Assembly: GCA_015065205.1 (NCBI GenBank)
Contig: SVQS01000001.1
Location: 1-52,632, forward strand
Reading direction: 5' to 3'
Length of the DNA: 52,632 nucleotides
DNA from: Oscillospiraceae bacterium
GTDB taxonomy: Bacteria; Bacillota; Clostridia; Oscillospirales; CAG-272
Part shown: positions 24,258-34,165 of the stretch, piece by piece
How the letters are laid out: each line of letters opens with the position of its first letter
How positions within the stretch are numbered: the first letter of the stretch is position 1
Translations under genes and position numbers: made by a program
The notes under the pieces: model-generated
Databases searched by the model: none
What the model was told of the DNA's origin: nothing
The model's input: the letters and a program-made list of their open reading frames with translations, nothing else

Positions 24258-24309
24258 ATAGAAGAGGGCGATGCGCTTGCATCGCCCTCTTCTATTGGTG
24301 GACCATCAA
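24244..24309. repeat. 31-bp perfect inverted repeat (4-nt loop) whose left arm is the tRNA 3' end including CCA
   Basis: ttgatggtccaccaatagaagagggcgatgc gctt gcatcgccctcttctattggtggaccatcaa. I checked it base by base. Confidence 0.95.
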
Positions 24310-24331
24310 AAGCAACGCGAGCGTTGCTTTT
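24308..24331 (+). terminator. Probable intrinsic terminator of the tRNA(CAU) transcript
   Basis: Arms gcaacg / cgttgc with a cgag loop, followed by tttt. Confidence 0.55.
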
Positions 24332-24477
24332 GAGGCGAAGCCGAAAAATAAGGTTCGCATTTCAAGCAAAGCCGACGGGAGCTCGCTCACAGGCGGCGCG
24401 CGCAGAAATATTGCCCCACAGGGGCAAAGTCCTTGATTCTTTTTGCTTTTTTTCGCTACATTATTTTCTCTTTCTCC

Positions 24478-24506
24478 TTTACTTTCTCCTTTCATTGTGT
24501 TATAAT
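24478..24506 (+). promoter_or_regulatory. Candidate promoter of the large surface-protein gene
   Basis: TTTACT, a 17-nt spacer, then TGtTATAAT (TATAAT at 24501-24506). GGAGG lies 7 nt before ATG 24560. Confidence 0.5.
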
Positions 24507-24559
24507 AAGTTTAATAGGGACTCTTATCCAAACTAAACTTCACTTTTGGAGGAATCATA

Positions 24560-27500
24560 ATGAAATTGAAAAACAAAATTTTATCGTTTCTGCTAACGCT
24601 TTGCATCCTTGGAGGAATGATCCCCACGGCATTTGCGAGTGATGATTCGCAATCGATAATCGCCGCCATCGATGAGGATTTTGACGGCATGCCAATCGGT
24701 CAAGAACCTGACGGATGGATAGCGGAACCCATCGGTCGCACCGATGCAGGTGTCAAGATTGTCACCGCCCCCCAAAAAGCACAAGGAGATAACGCTATGC
24801 GTATTGAGGATAATTCAACCGAATATGCAAATCCCGCTCGCGTAACCAAAACATTTGCGGAAACGTCTGACGTGGAACTCTGCTTTGACTATTACTTGGA
24901 AAGTGTGGCAGGCGCAAATGCATTGGGAATCGCTAAAGATGGCATTGCAACCGGTCAAAAGAGAATAAATCTTGGCATCTTCCCCAACAAGGATGGCACC
25001 GCTACGCTCAAATATTACAGCAAAAGCCAAAGCAAATGGATATCGACTTCCAAAACAAACATGGAAAAAGAAACCTGGTATTCCTTTAGAATTGTGACAA
25101 AAGCAGGTGAGGATACCGCCGACATCTATGTTGACGGTGAGAAAATTGAATCGATTTGGGCTGACAAGAACATTGCAACGGTCGACCGCATTGTTTTTCA
25201 CACCAACAACAAAGCAAGCATCAACGACGTATTTTTGATTGACAACGTCAAGGTGATTGGTCCTGCCGTTATTACAGATTATCCCGTGGCAACTTGCAAC
25301 AGTGGCAAATTCGGGTTTACCACTACCCTTTCAAAGCCATCCGATCTTAAATTTTCCCTCATGTCGGAGAATACATACGGCTTTTATATTAGCGCAAAAG
25401 AGGATGGCACGCTTTGTTATCGTCGCGATGACCGTTGGATTGAATTCAGCGCTGCCGGCGCCGTTCGTCCCAATGAAGCATTGCAAATCATTATCGATTT
25501 ACCGGATGCACGTAACGTCGACTATGCACGTGTATATGTAAATGGTACCTATGTTGGTATGGCTATCTATACAAATCCATGCTCTGTGATTACCGCTATG
25601 CGATTTGAAACTGAAGGTAATGTTCGCATCACCAACGTGTGGTCGGATTCCTCGGATGGCATCATACAAATGCCTTCGCGTACCGAAGCTGCACCCGAAA
25701 TATTTGTTCCCGAAATCATTGCATCATCCCCTCTTTTCCGTCCTCTCGATTATGATCCTACAAGGGGCAAAATGAGCACACACGATGAGGACGGCTACGT
25801 TGACACCAACACCAATAGCGTAGGTCTTGATCTTGGTTATAAGCAATCTATCAACGCGATTCGTTTGTATGATAGCGATGCCGAAGTGACATCCCGTGCT
25901 AACCACTTTACCCTTTGGCAAAGTGATGACAACTTCAACTGGACCGAAATACGTGGTTTTCACTTCAATCGCCTTGTTGAGGATGGAAAATGTCAAATTC
26001 TGTTCGAATTTTCGGGTGTGGAAGCACGCTACGTAAAAGTACACACCACAAGATATGAGGAGACCGCGAGCATCTACTTGAGCGACTTCACCACTTGCAT
26101 TCGCGCGGAACGTCGCATTGCCCGTCAATGGAAGATGGCAGGAACCGCTATGCAAGCTGTCAACGATCTCTCCCCCACCACAACGCCTATGGCACAAGTG
26201 CTTGCACAAAATCCGTTGACAATTTCAAAGGGCGACAGTGTGGGCATTTGGTTTGGTATTCATTCCTCGGTCGAGGCAATTGACCTTTGCGGAAGTGGTC
26301 TTGATAGTCTTTGGAAGGATGCCTTTGTGCTATATTGGAGCAACGATAACGTTACTTATACAAAAATTGACCAAGTAACGTTAAGTCGCAGCAAAGGAAC
26401 TTACCGCCTGACCTTTGATAGCATTAAATGCGGTTATCTTAAGCTACATGCAATCGGAGATGTTTCTGTTTCATTGGCATCTTTGGCAGATGGACTCTCG
26501 GCATATTCCTCTCAAGAGGTGAGCACGGGGCACGTAATGCGTTCTACCGACAGAGGTGCTGACGGTGACTTTTACGTTATGCCCGACGGCACACTCGTTG
26601 CTTCCTACAACGGATTTGCTTCAAAGGTTGGAACCTCGGGCGGCGGCGATGCATCCGATTCTTCGCTCGATGCCTTTATTTCAACTGACAGTGGTTATAC
26701 TTGGAGCGAAGGAAAGAGCTTTTTAATCAAAGGCGAAGGTAGCCTCAATGTTCTCAATCCCACCTATATTTGGCTTGCGGGCGGCGAGTTGGGCCTTATT
26801 TACATCGAAAAAGAAGCAACGGAAATCGCTAACATTTATATTCGCCGCTCAACCGATAACGGCTTGACTTGGGGAGATGCCCAACGCATTACAGATGAAC
26901 CTCAAGGATATTCCATTACCTCTAGCGGACACCGTGTTCTGCGTCTTTCCACAGGTCGTATTTTATTGCCCGTTGGTTATTCCGCTACCGTAAACGATGT
27001 GTACGGCTCCGATCGCGCCATCGGCTACGTTTGGTATTCGGATGATGAAGGTCACACTTGGCAACGTTCACTCGATGCTTTAACGCTTCCCCACGCGGCA
27101 CTTGAACCTTCTGTGGCAGAGCTGCAAAACGGAAATATTCTTCTCTCCTTACGCACGCGCGAAGAACGTGTTATTTACCAATCTATTTCCACCGACGGTG
27201 GCTTGACTTGGGCACAACCCACCAAAATCGAAATACAATCTCCAAGTGCTACCAACACGGTTATGCGCTTGCCTGCAACGGGTGATATTGCGCTCTTTTG
27301 GAACAACGATTTTTCTGCAAGTGGCGTTGACAGACGACCCTTGACAGTTATCCTTTCCTCGGATAATGGTTTGACCTATCACAACATTCGCAGTTTGGTA
27401 GACTGTGACTATCCCACTCCTTGGCCGAGTGTAGCCTTCTACGGTCGCAGTGTATTCCTGATGCACGGTAACGAAACACACGTGCGCGTGTTTGATATTG

Positions 27501-28063
27501 CAACACTGTATCATACCACATCAGGTAAGGTGACCGCCAACGATTTGCCGCAAGCCGCTACTCCCACAGCTGTACTCGATAAAACAAGCGGTTGGTTGAC
27601 GGGTATGAGCGAAACAATGCAATATTCGATTGATGGCGGTAAGACTTGGGTCTTTGCAGGTGGTACGAGCGTGCTACTTAACCTCGACGGGATAAACGCA
27701 ACAGAAATTTGGGTTAAGGATATTGGAACAAGCACCTCTGCTCCTTCCGCTATTCAAAGCATTTCTCTTATTCAAGAGAACGAACCGAATTCTCCCCCTG
27801 CAGGTGATTCCTCTGATTCAGAGGAAGAAACTTCTGCCCCCGAAGAAGAATCCTCCCCACCTCAAAATGAACCTTCTACTCCTGATGAAGAGTCCTCCAC
27901 ACCTCAAAAAGAACCTTCTGACTCCTCCAATCCCTCCGAGCAAAACAAAAAACCGAACATCGGCGCAGGCGCGATTGTAGCAATCGTGGGCGGTTCGGTG
28001 ATTGTTATTGGGGCGATTGTCCTTGGAGCTTATATGTTGTTTAAAAGGAAAAGAAAGCTTTAA
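24560..28063 (+). CDS. Large secreted, C-terminally membrane-anchored protein: lectin-like N-terminal region, two discoidin (F5/8 type C)-like modules, BNR/Asp-box beta-propeller, acidic Pro/Ser linker, TM anchor
   Basis: Signal peptide ...IPTAFA/SDD. Asp-boxes are STDSGYTW, STDNGLTW, SDDEGHTW, STDGGLTW, SSDNGLTY and SIDGGKTW. The tail is IGAGAIVAIVGGSVIVIGAIVLGAYMLFKRKRKL, and there is no LPXTG. Confidence 0.85.
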   Translation: MKLKNKILSFLLTLCILGGMIPTAFASDDSQSIIAAIDEDFDGMPIGQEPDGWIAEPIGRTDAGVKIVTAPQKAQGDNAMRIEDNSTEYANPARVTKTFAETSDVELCFDYYLESVAGANALGIAKDGIATGQKRINLGIFPNKDGTATLKYYSKSQSKWISTSKTNMEKETWYSFRIVTKAGEDTADIYVDGEKIESIWADKNIATVDRIVFHTNNKASINDVFLIDNVKVIGPAVITDYPVATCNSGKFGFTTTLSKPSDLKFSLMSENTYGFYISAKEDGTLCYRRDDRWIEFSAAGAVRPNEALQIIIDLPDARNVDYARVYVNGTYVGMAIYTNPCSVITAMRFETEGNVRITNVWSDSSDGIIQMPSRTEAAPEIFVPEIIASSPLFRPLDYDPTRGKMSTHDEDGYVDTNTNSVGLDLGYKQSINAIRLYDSDAEVTSRANHFTLWQSDDNFNWTEIRGFHFNRLVEDGKCQILFEFSGVEARYVKVHTTRYEETASIYLSDFTTCIRAERRIARQWKMAGTAMQAVNDLSPTTTPMAQVLAQNPLTISKGDSVGIWFGIHSSVEAIDLCGSGLDSLWKDAFVLYWSNDNVTYTKIDQVTLSRSKGTYRLTFDSIKCGYLKLHAIGDVSVSLASLADGLSAYSSQEVSTGHVMRSTDRGADGDFYVMPDGTLVASYNGFASKVGTSGGGDASDSSLDAFISTDSGYTWSEGKSFLIKGEGSLNVLNPTYIWLAGGELGLIYIEKEATEIANIYIRRSTDNGLTWGDAQRITDEPQGYSITSSGHRVLRLSTGRILLPVGYSATVNDVYGSDRAIGYVWYSDDEGHTWQRSLDALTLPHAALEPSVAELQNGNILLSLRTREERVIYQSISTDGGLTWAQPTKIEIQSPSATNTVMRLPATGDIALFWNNDFSASGVDRRPLTVILSSDNGLTYHNIRSLVDCDYPTPWPSVAFYGRSVFLMHGNETHVRVFDIATLYHTTSGKVTANDLPQAATPTAVLDKTSGWLTGMSETMQYSIDGGKTWVFAGGTSVLLNLDGINATEIWVKDIGTSTSAPSAIQSISLIQENEPNSPPAGDSSDSEEETSAPEEESSPPQNEPSTPDEESSTPQKEPSDSSNPSEQNKKPNIGAGAIVAIVGGSVIVIGAIVLGAYMLFKRKRKL

Positions 28064-28070
28064 TGCACAT

Positions 28071-28113
28071 CGGGAAGATTGACCGCATAAGGATCAATCT
28101 TCCCGGTGTTTTT
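28071..28113 (+). terminator. Rho-independent terminator
   Basis: Arms cgggaagattga / tcaatcttcccg form a 12-bp perfect stem, followed by gtgttttt. Confidence 0.8.
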
Positions 28114-28141
28114 ACTATGAACGAATCAGCGTTTGAAAAAA

Positions 28142-29989
28142 TCAGGATGCTGTTTGATATTTCTTTGCCTGCACACGGTACATTTCGGCGTATTTGCCGT
28201 TTTGTGCCATCAGCTCGTCGTGCGAACCGCGTTCAACGATTTCACCGCCGTCGAACATATAAATCTTATCTGCCATGCGCGTTGTGGAAAGGCGGTGCGA
28301 AATGAAGATGACCGTTTTTCCCTCGGCGTTTTTGAGGATAGATTGGTTTAACTCATACTCGGCAATCGGGTCGAGCGCCGAGGAAGGTTCATCCATAATG
28401 ATGAGTTCAAACGGTCTTGCAAACACGCGCGCGATGGCAATTTTTTGCGATTCACCGCCCGAAAGTCCTACGCCCTCTTTGCTGAATTCTGTTGTAAGCT
28501 GTGATTGAATTCCGTTTGGCAACTGCTTCAGCTTTTCGTCAAAGGACGCCGCGCGGAGAGCCGACATCACTGCTTCTTCATCGGCATCTGTGTACTCGCC
28601 GCCCATTACGTTCTCGGCAACCGTTGCGGCAAAAACCTTATAGTCTTGGAATACAGCACCGATGTGCTCGCGGTATTTTTCGGGGTCGAAATCGGTGATG
28701 TTGCGACCGTTATAAAGGATCTCACCGTTTGTGGTATCGTACAGTCTCATCAAAAGCTTGATAAGTGTGGTCTTTCCTGCTCCATTGTATCCGACAAACG
28801 CGACTTTTTCACCCTTCTTGATTTCAAGATTGAGTCCTTGCAGAGTCTTTTTCTCATCCTTGGTAAAGGGATATACGAAATCAAGATTTTTGACGGTCAG
28901 GGATTCAAAAGCAGGAACCTCGGTTTCCTTCCCCTTGATCTTGGGCTCGTATTGCATAAAGGTTTTGACCTTTTCGATATAAAGGCTGTGCTCGTGGAAT
29001 TTGTTGATGTAGTTGCCAATATCATCCAGTGTGTAATAGAGCTTTTGGCTTGCACTGATGCTTGCGGAAAAGCTACCCAACGAAAGGGTTGCATCGGTGA
29101 TATAACGCACCACAAGATAGCTTGTAATACCTACCGAGGGTAACAGATAAACAAGTAGATCCGAAAAAATCCAACAAACCAAATATTTTTTGTTATACTT
29201 TTTGCTGCAGGCGATGATTTGTTTGTTTGTTTCCTTATACTCGTTTTGCAAATGCTCGGCAATTCCGCCGCAACGCAACTCCTTAGCATAATCAGGCATA
29301 TAGAATACACGGCGGAAATAACCAAGCTTGCGCCAAATAGGATTTGCCTCAACACTATGCTTGTAGCCGATTTTATTCAGGATACTCTTTACAACAAAGC
29401 CGAGAATGACAGACGCAATGAGAATGAGCGTTACCACCCAATCCATAGAAGCAAGTAGGCCAAGCACTGCAGCACTGGACGTAACGCGGTTGATCATAAT
29501 GCTAAAGCACTCCACAATGTGTGCTACACGTCCATCCGATTCACGGATCGCCCAAATGAAATCGTTGTAGAATTCGGGGTCGTCGTAACAGCTTTGGTCA
29601 AGCTCGCGCGCTTTTTTGTAAAGCTCGGTTTGAATGGTTTCGTGCAAAGTCAGCTTTACACGCGGCACAAAAACGTCGTACCGCCATTTGTTAAAGAGTT
29701 CAAATGCGGCGTTGTAACCCGTGACGAGCAGGATCCAAAACAGCACCTCGCCAAATTCGGTTCCCGCCTCGATGGCATCAAAGATGTACTTGGTAAAGAG
29801 GATGCCAATAACGTGCGAAGCACCGCGTCCGAGCGCTTCTACAACGGTGATAACAGCATATCCGGGTGTGTATTTGAACACGAATTGCAGCATAAACCAA
29901 AGATTTTTGATAACACGTATGGGGTTGTGCCGCTCTTTCTTTTCTGCTTTTTCTTTTTTCTGTTTCTTTTCTTTTATCTTTTTGCTCAT
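28142..29989 (-). CDS. ABC exporter, fused permease/ATPase (type I exporter, heterodimer partner)
   Basis: Six-helix TMD, Walker A GYNGAGKTT, signature LSGGESQK and Walker B LIIMDEPSSALD. The start overlaps the upstream stop (ATGA). Confidence 0.92.
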   Translation of the reverse strand: MSKKIKEKKQKKEKAEKKERHNPIRVIKNLWFMLQFVFKYTPGYAVITVVEALGRGASHVIGILFTKYIFDAIEAGTEFGEVLFWILLVTGYNAAFELFNKWRYDVFVPRVKLTLHETIQTELYKKARELDQSCYDDPEFYNDFIWAIRESDGRVAHIVECFSIMINRVTSSAAVLGLLASMDWVVTLILIASVILGFVVKSILNKIGYKHSVEANPIWRKLGYFRRVFYMPDYAKELRCGGIAEHLQNEYKETNKQIIACSKKYNKKYLVCWIFSDLLVYLLPSVGITSYLVVRYITDATLSLGSFSASISASQKLYYTLDDIGNYINKFHEHSLYIEKVKTFMQYEPKIKGKETEVPAFESLTVKNLDFVYPFTKDEKKTLQGLNLEIKKGEKVAFVGYNGAGKTTLIKLLMRLYDTTNGEILYNGRNITDFDPEKYREHIGAVFQDYKVFAATVAENVMGGEYTDADEEAVMSALRAASFDEKLKQLPNGIQSQLTTEFSKEGVGLSGGESQKIAIARVFARPFELIIMDEPSSALDPIAEYELNQSILKNAEGKTVIFISHRLSTTRMADKIYMFDGGEIVERGSHDELMAQNGKYAEMYRVQAKKYQTAS

Positions 29990-31857
29990 GCCGTCACCTC
30001 CTCTTTGTCAAGATAGGTATCCGCCTGCTTGTGCCACATATCGGCATATTTACCGTTTAGTGCAAGCAGCTCGCGGTGCGATCCCTCTTCAATGATCTGT
30101 CCGTTTTCAAAGAGATAAACGCGGTCTGCCATAGTGGCACTGGAAAGTCGGTGAGAGATAAAGATAACCGTCTTCCCCTCGCACGCCTCGAACATATTGC
30201 GGTACATTTCTTGCTCGGCAATCGGATCGAGAGCAGACGTAGGCTCGTCCATAATCACGATTTCTTGCTTGCCCGCAAAAATTCTTGCAATAGAGATCTT
30301 TTGTGCCTCGCCTCCAGAGAACATTGCACCCTCTTTGTCAAATTCGCGTGTTACAGTAGAGTCGATTCCGTTTGGCAGTTGCTCGATCTTTTCACAAATC
30401 CCTGCTTTTTGAAGAGCATCTTTGACGGTGACTCTATCCTCGTCGGTGATGTTGCCGCGCATCATTACGTTTTCGGCAACTGTGGTTGCAAAGAGGCAGT
30501 AATCTTGGAACACCGTTCCAAAGAGCGCACGATAGGACGACAAGCGGTAGGTTTTGATATTCTCACCGTTGACAAGGATCTCGCCCTTGTCGGGATCATA
30601 CAAGCGTTGCAAAAGCTTGATCAAGGTGGTTTTACCCGCGCCGTTGTGACCGACAATGGCAATCTTTTCGCCAACATTTACAGTGAAGCTAACGTTAGCA
30701 AGCGCGGGCGCTTTTTGATTTTCATAAGAGAAGGTCAAATTCTTCAGCTCCAACCTTTCAAAAGAAGAAACCGCGGGTGCGTTCTCGTCCTCGGCAATGC
30801 GCACTTCATACTCCAAAAACTTGCGCAAGTTTTCGGCATAGAGCGAGTTTTCGTCAAGCTTGAGGAATACGTTGCCCATATAGTTGATGTTGCCCGCAAC
30901 CTGCGTAATAGAGTTGATGACCACAAAGCAATCACCAATGAGCATATTTTTGAGCACCAAGGTTTTGAAGGAAGCCAAAAGGACAGTTCCCGAGTACACC
31001 AACACGTTGTAAATAACGTCGTATAAGTAGCGGAAGAACATAACCTTATAACCGTATTTGTGAACGATGTCCTTCAGCTCGGCAACGCTCGAGCGCATAC
31101 GTCCGTACATAACCTTCCACATCTCGCTCAGGCGCATCTCCTTGGAGAAATCCTTGAGGTAGAAGGTACGGCGCACGTAGTCGCGCTGTCTGCCAACCTC
31201 TTTGTTGCGCATATCGTAGTCGTAGCGGATGCGGTTGCGCTTTTTGCCAATGAGAATGGTACAAAGGAAGGGCGCAAGCGCGATGAGGATAAACACGGGG
31301 TCGATGGCAATGATCAATGCTCCCGTGGCTCCCACGTTGATAAGCACCCAGATCACGTTGACAAAGTTATTCATAACGGCATAGGCGCGATTGGTTGCTT
31401 CATCTGATGCTTTGATGTAGGTATCAAAAAACTCGGCGTTCTCGTAGCAGGCAAGGTCGACCTCAACTGCCTTCTTTTGCATCATACTTTGGAAGTAGGC
31501 ATTGACCACCGGATATTTGACGTTGAAATAGCAGGCGGCAATATTTTGGAAGAGCATTTCCGAAACCGTAAAGATAATCAACCCTACCAAAGTGATCAAA
31601 ATGGTTTTGAGCGCAACCCCCTCTTGCAGAGCATTGAGCGCGTACATATAAAGATAGGTTCCCACCAGGAAGGAGCGAATCGCACTCAAAACAGTGCAGA
31701 TCAAATTGAGAATAAACACGCCGGGGCATGCCTTAATCAAAAGGCGCAACATGAACGCGTTGTTTTGAAACGTCCGCTTCCAATTTATCCTTTTCTTTTT
31801 TTCTTCTTTTTTCATTGCTTTTGGTGACCTCTTGTATGGATTTGTTTTTTCGTTCAT
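29986..31857 (-). CDS. ABC exporter, fused permease/ATPase (heterodimer partner)
   Basis: Walker A GHNGAGKTT, signature FSGGEAQK and Walker B IVIMDEPTSALD. The start is uncertain: ATG 31857 is chosen, but 31911 and 31815 are in-frame alternatives and none has a strong RBS. Confidence 0.85.
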   Translation of the reverse strand: MNEKTNPYKRSPKAMKKEEKKKRINWKRTFQNNAFMLRLLIKACPGVFILNLICTVLSAIRSFLVGTYLYMYALNALQEGVALKTILITLVGLIIFTVSEMLFQNIAACYFNVKYPVVNAYFQSMMQKKAVEVDLACYENAEFFDTYIKASDEATNRAYAVMNNFVNVIWVLINVGATGALIIAIDPVFILIALAPFLCTILIGKKRNRIRYDYDMRNKEVGRQRDYVRRTFYLKDFSKEMRLSEMWKVMYGRMRSSVAELKDIVHKYGYKVMFFRYLYDVIYNVLVYSGTVLLASFKTLVLKNMLIGDCFVVINSITQVAGNINYMGNVFLKLDENSLYAENLRKFLEYEVRIAEDENAPAVSSFERLELKNLTFSYENQKAPALANVSFTVNVGEKIAIVGHNGAGKTTLIKLLQRLYDPDKGEILVNGENIKTYRLSSYRALFGTVFQDYCLFATTVAENVMMRGNITDEDRVTVKDALQKAGICEKIEQLPNGIDSTVTREFDKEGAMFSGGEAQKISIARIFAGKQEIVIMDEPTSALDPIAEQEMYRNMFEACEGKTVIFISHRLSSATMADRVYLFENGQIIEEGSHRELLALNGKYADMWHKQADTYLDKEEVTA

Positions 31858-32050
31858 ATAAATAGTGTCAAAAAATCCAAAAAAGTTTGCTTTTTTGAAA
31901 AAAATCGGCATTTTTTAGAAATTTTCCTCTTAGTAAAATTATATCACGCAGAAAAGGAAAAGTAAATAACGCATTGGTTGTTTGAAGCCTACTTTTTGTT
32001 GACTAACAACAACTTGCCCAAAGCAAGGTCGCTTTGGGCAAGTTGTTCTT

Positions 32051-33091
32051 TTATTGCGCAAGCGCTTTCTCAAAGAAAGCATTAATATCACCTAACATCT
32101 TATCATTGGGAAGATTAACCAAGTCGAGATCGGCGTCGGCGTAAATACGTTGGCGCTCCTCGGTTGGGATATCTTCTCCGTATTTTTGCTTCAATTCATC
32201 CAAGCGCGAATTGATACGGGCAATCTCCTCTACGCTTTTGGCGTTGTGGAAGATGCTCGTGTGTCCATCCTGCCCCGCATCACTCATCGGATAGATAACG
32301 ACGTTGGGATTGGTGATCTCATCCTTATGTGCCACAATGCCGGTGCTATCAAAACGGACGAGTTCGTCGCCTGTGCCGTGGATCAACATAACGGGGATAT
32401 TTGCGCGATTGATGCCATCAACAGCTGTAAGACTTGCGTATTTGCCAAATAAAACGCGATTTTCGAAATAGGCAAAGGGATGCAAAAGTACGGTCGCTTT
32501 GCCCATTTTGTCGGTAACAAAGCTCATCATCATTTCAACGGAATCGGAGTACCCCGCAATGCTGGCAGAAGCTTTTACGTTGTGGTCAAAATACAGTCCT
32601 GCGGCAACGGCATATCCGCCCCAGCTATGTCCCATCAGGCAGACGGGGAGATCTTTGAGGGTTTCGTCGCTTTCCACATAAGTCAGTGCGGCGTGCAAAT
32701 CAAGTGCGGATTGGATCAGTCCGGCTGTTCCCTTTCCCTCGCTTGTGCAAGAGCCCGTGGCATCGTATGCAAAAACGCGCCAGCCGTGGTCAACCATCCA
32801 AACGATTTCTTGGATATAGCTCTCGTGCCCCGAGTGGATGCCGTGTGCGAACACAAGGAGTCCTTTGGTGTTCTCCTCGCCAAAAATGTAGCCTTGCAAG
32901 CGGTTCTTGCCCGAATAAAAGGAAACGTTACGACGCGGATAAGCATCTTCATAGTGATCATAAAAATAATCGGCTACGGGATAGGATTTGTATTCACCGC
33001 GCCCAAAATTTGCGCGCATAATGCGGTGTGTAATGATCAAAGCTACCACGAACAAAACGAGAATGGCACAAAAAAGAATAACAAAAGGCAT
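32051..33091 (-). CDS. Membrane-anchored alpha/beta hydrolase
   Basis: N-terminal TM helix, nucleophile elbow GHSWGG, and later HGTGDELV and GHTSIF (Asp/His candidates). Confidence 0.8.
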   Translation of the reverse strand: MPFVILFCAILVLFVVALIITHRIMRANFGRGEYKSYPVADYFYDHYEDAYPRRNVSFYSGKNRLQGYIFGEENTKGLLVFAHGIHSGHESYIQEIVWMVDHGWRVFAYDATGSCTSEGKGTAGLIQSALDLHAALTYVESDETLKDLPVCLMGHSWGGYAVAAGLYFDHNVKASASIAGYSDSVEMMMSFVTDKMGKATVLLHPFAYFENRVLFGKYASLTAVDGINRANIPVMLIHGTGDELVRFDSTGIVAHKDEITNPNVVIYPMSDAGQDGHTSIFHNAKSVEEIARINSRLDELKQKYGEDIPTEERQRIYADADLDLVNLPNDKMLGDINAFFEKALAQ

Positions 33092-33155
33092 TTGTGTTTT
33101 CTCCTCTAACTTATTTCATCCTTATTATACCATTTTTAAAAGAAAAATACAAGAC

Positions 33156-33752
33156 TCATTTTTCTTTTTGGGGTACTCTCCCCTCAAAAAATCGGGCAAG
33201 CAGGGTGATTGTGAAGAAAAACAGAGAAATCCCATCAGCGATTTTGATCATCAAATAGGCCGAAAATGCCCACAAAAGCCACAAAAACAAAAAGGTGCAA
33301 CCGCGTAAAACATCACTTGTGCGTTTGGGTGAAGTAAAGGATAGAAGTGCACATTCGAGCATCCTTCCGCCATCAAAGGTTTGAATGGGCAAAAGATTGA
33401 GGAGTCCCAAAAGCAATGAGGCACAGGAAAACGCGATGGCAAGCTTGCTATGCGACCAGAAGAAAGAACCTATCAGCGAGAAAACAAGACTTGAAAGAGG
33501 TCCTGCCACACACAAAAGCCACTCTTCTCCATAAGACAAGATGCGGCCTTTGACCTCGATACGCGCACCGAGCAAATCAAAACGCATAGCTCCTATGGGA
33601 ATATGCATTGCCCACGCTACCGCAAGATGTCCCACCTCGTGCAAAGCTGCCGCCAAAAGGCTCATAGCAGCCAATCCGCTCCTGTCGCAAAAAAGCATAA
33701 ATAGCAGATAGATCAATGCCAATGGTTGAATTAAAAAGCGTTTTCGTTTCAT
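33156..33752 (-). CDS. M50 site-2 metalloprotease (SpoIVFB-like)
   Basis: The HEVGH zinc motif sits in a TM helix, and the NLLPIQTFDGG motif is present. Confidence 0.85.
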   Translation of the reverse strand: MKRKRFLIQPLALIYLLFMLFCDRSGLAAMSLLAAALHEVGHLAVAWAMHIPIGAMRFDLLGARIEVKGRILSYGEEWLLCVAGPLSSLVFSLIGSFFWSHSKLAIAFSCASLLLGLLNLLPIQTFDGGRMLECALLSFTSPKRTSDVLRGCTFLFLWLLWAFSAYLMIKIADGISLFFFTITLLARFFEGRVPQKEK

Positions 33753-34027
33753 TCTTTTCTTCCCTTTTTTCTTTTTTTATAACCTATGTGACACATTCGT
33801 AGGATATGCAAAAAGCACGGCCAACCAAAAAGGAAGCATTTTATTTTCGGGCATACCCTTATCGCGTGGTTTGGGGTTTACAACAAAAAGAATGATATCC
33901 CCTATTTTTGTGGAAGATATCATTTTTTTGCTCTATTTTAATGTCTTTTTTCATAAAATATAATTATCATAAGGAACATACGGCAAATTGGCATAAACAA
34001 TTAAGAATGGAATAACAGATAAATATA

Positions 34028-34165
34028 TCAAAAAAGCGTGTTCTTCCGTGGTGGAATACCATACATCAACTTGGTCTTTAACAACTCCTTCGGCGTTCTA
34101 GAAAAGCTTTGTTTGAGCAATTGATATTCGGTAAAAGATTGGTGACACACAGGACACTTATTCAT
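34028..34165 (-). CDS. Candidate 45-aa protein (below the ORF-track cutoff)
   Basis: ATG 34165 has AAGGAGAA 7 nt upstream. The product is MNKCPVCHQSFTEYQLLKQSFSRTPKELLKTKLMYGIPPRKNTLF, ending at TGA 34028-34030. A candidate promoter (TTGAAA, 17 nt, CATAAT) lies upstream, and a hairpin with a T-run lies downstream near 33890-33935. Confidence 0.35.
   Translation of the reverse strand: MNKCPVCHQSFTEYQLLKQSFSRTPKELLKTKLMYGIPPRKNTLF

Noticed and set aside
28505-31026. Plus-strand ORFs of 212 and 316 aa
   Set aside because: They are antisense to the two ABC exporter genes, which carry Walker A, signature and Walker B motifs on the minus strand.
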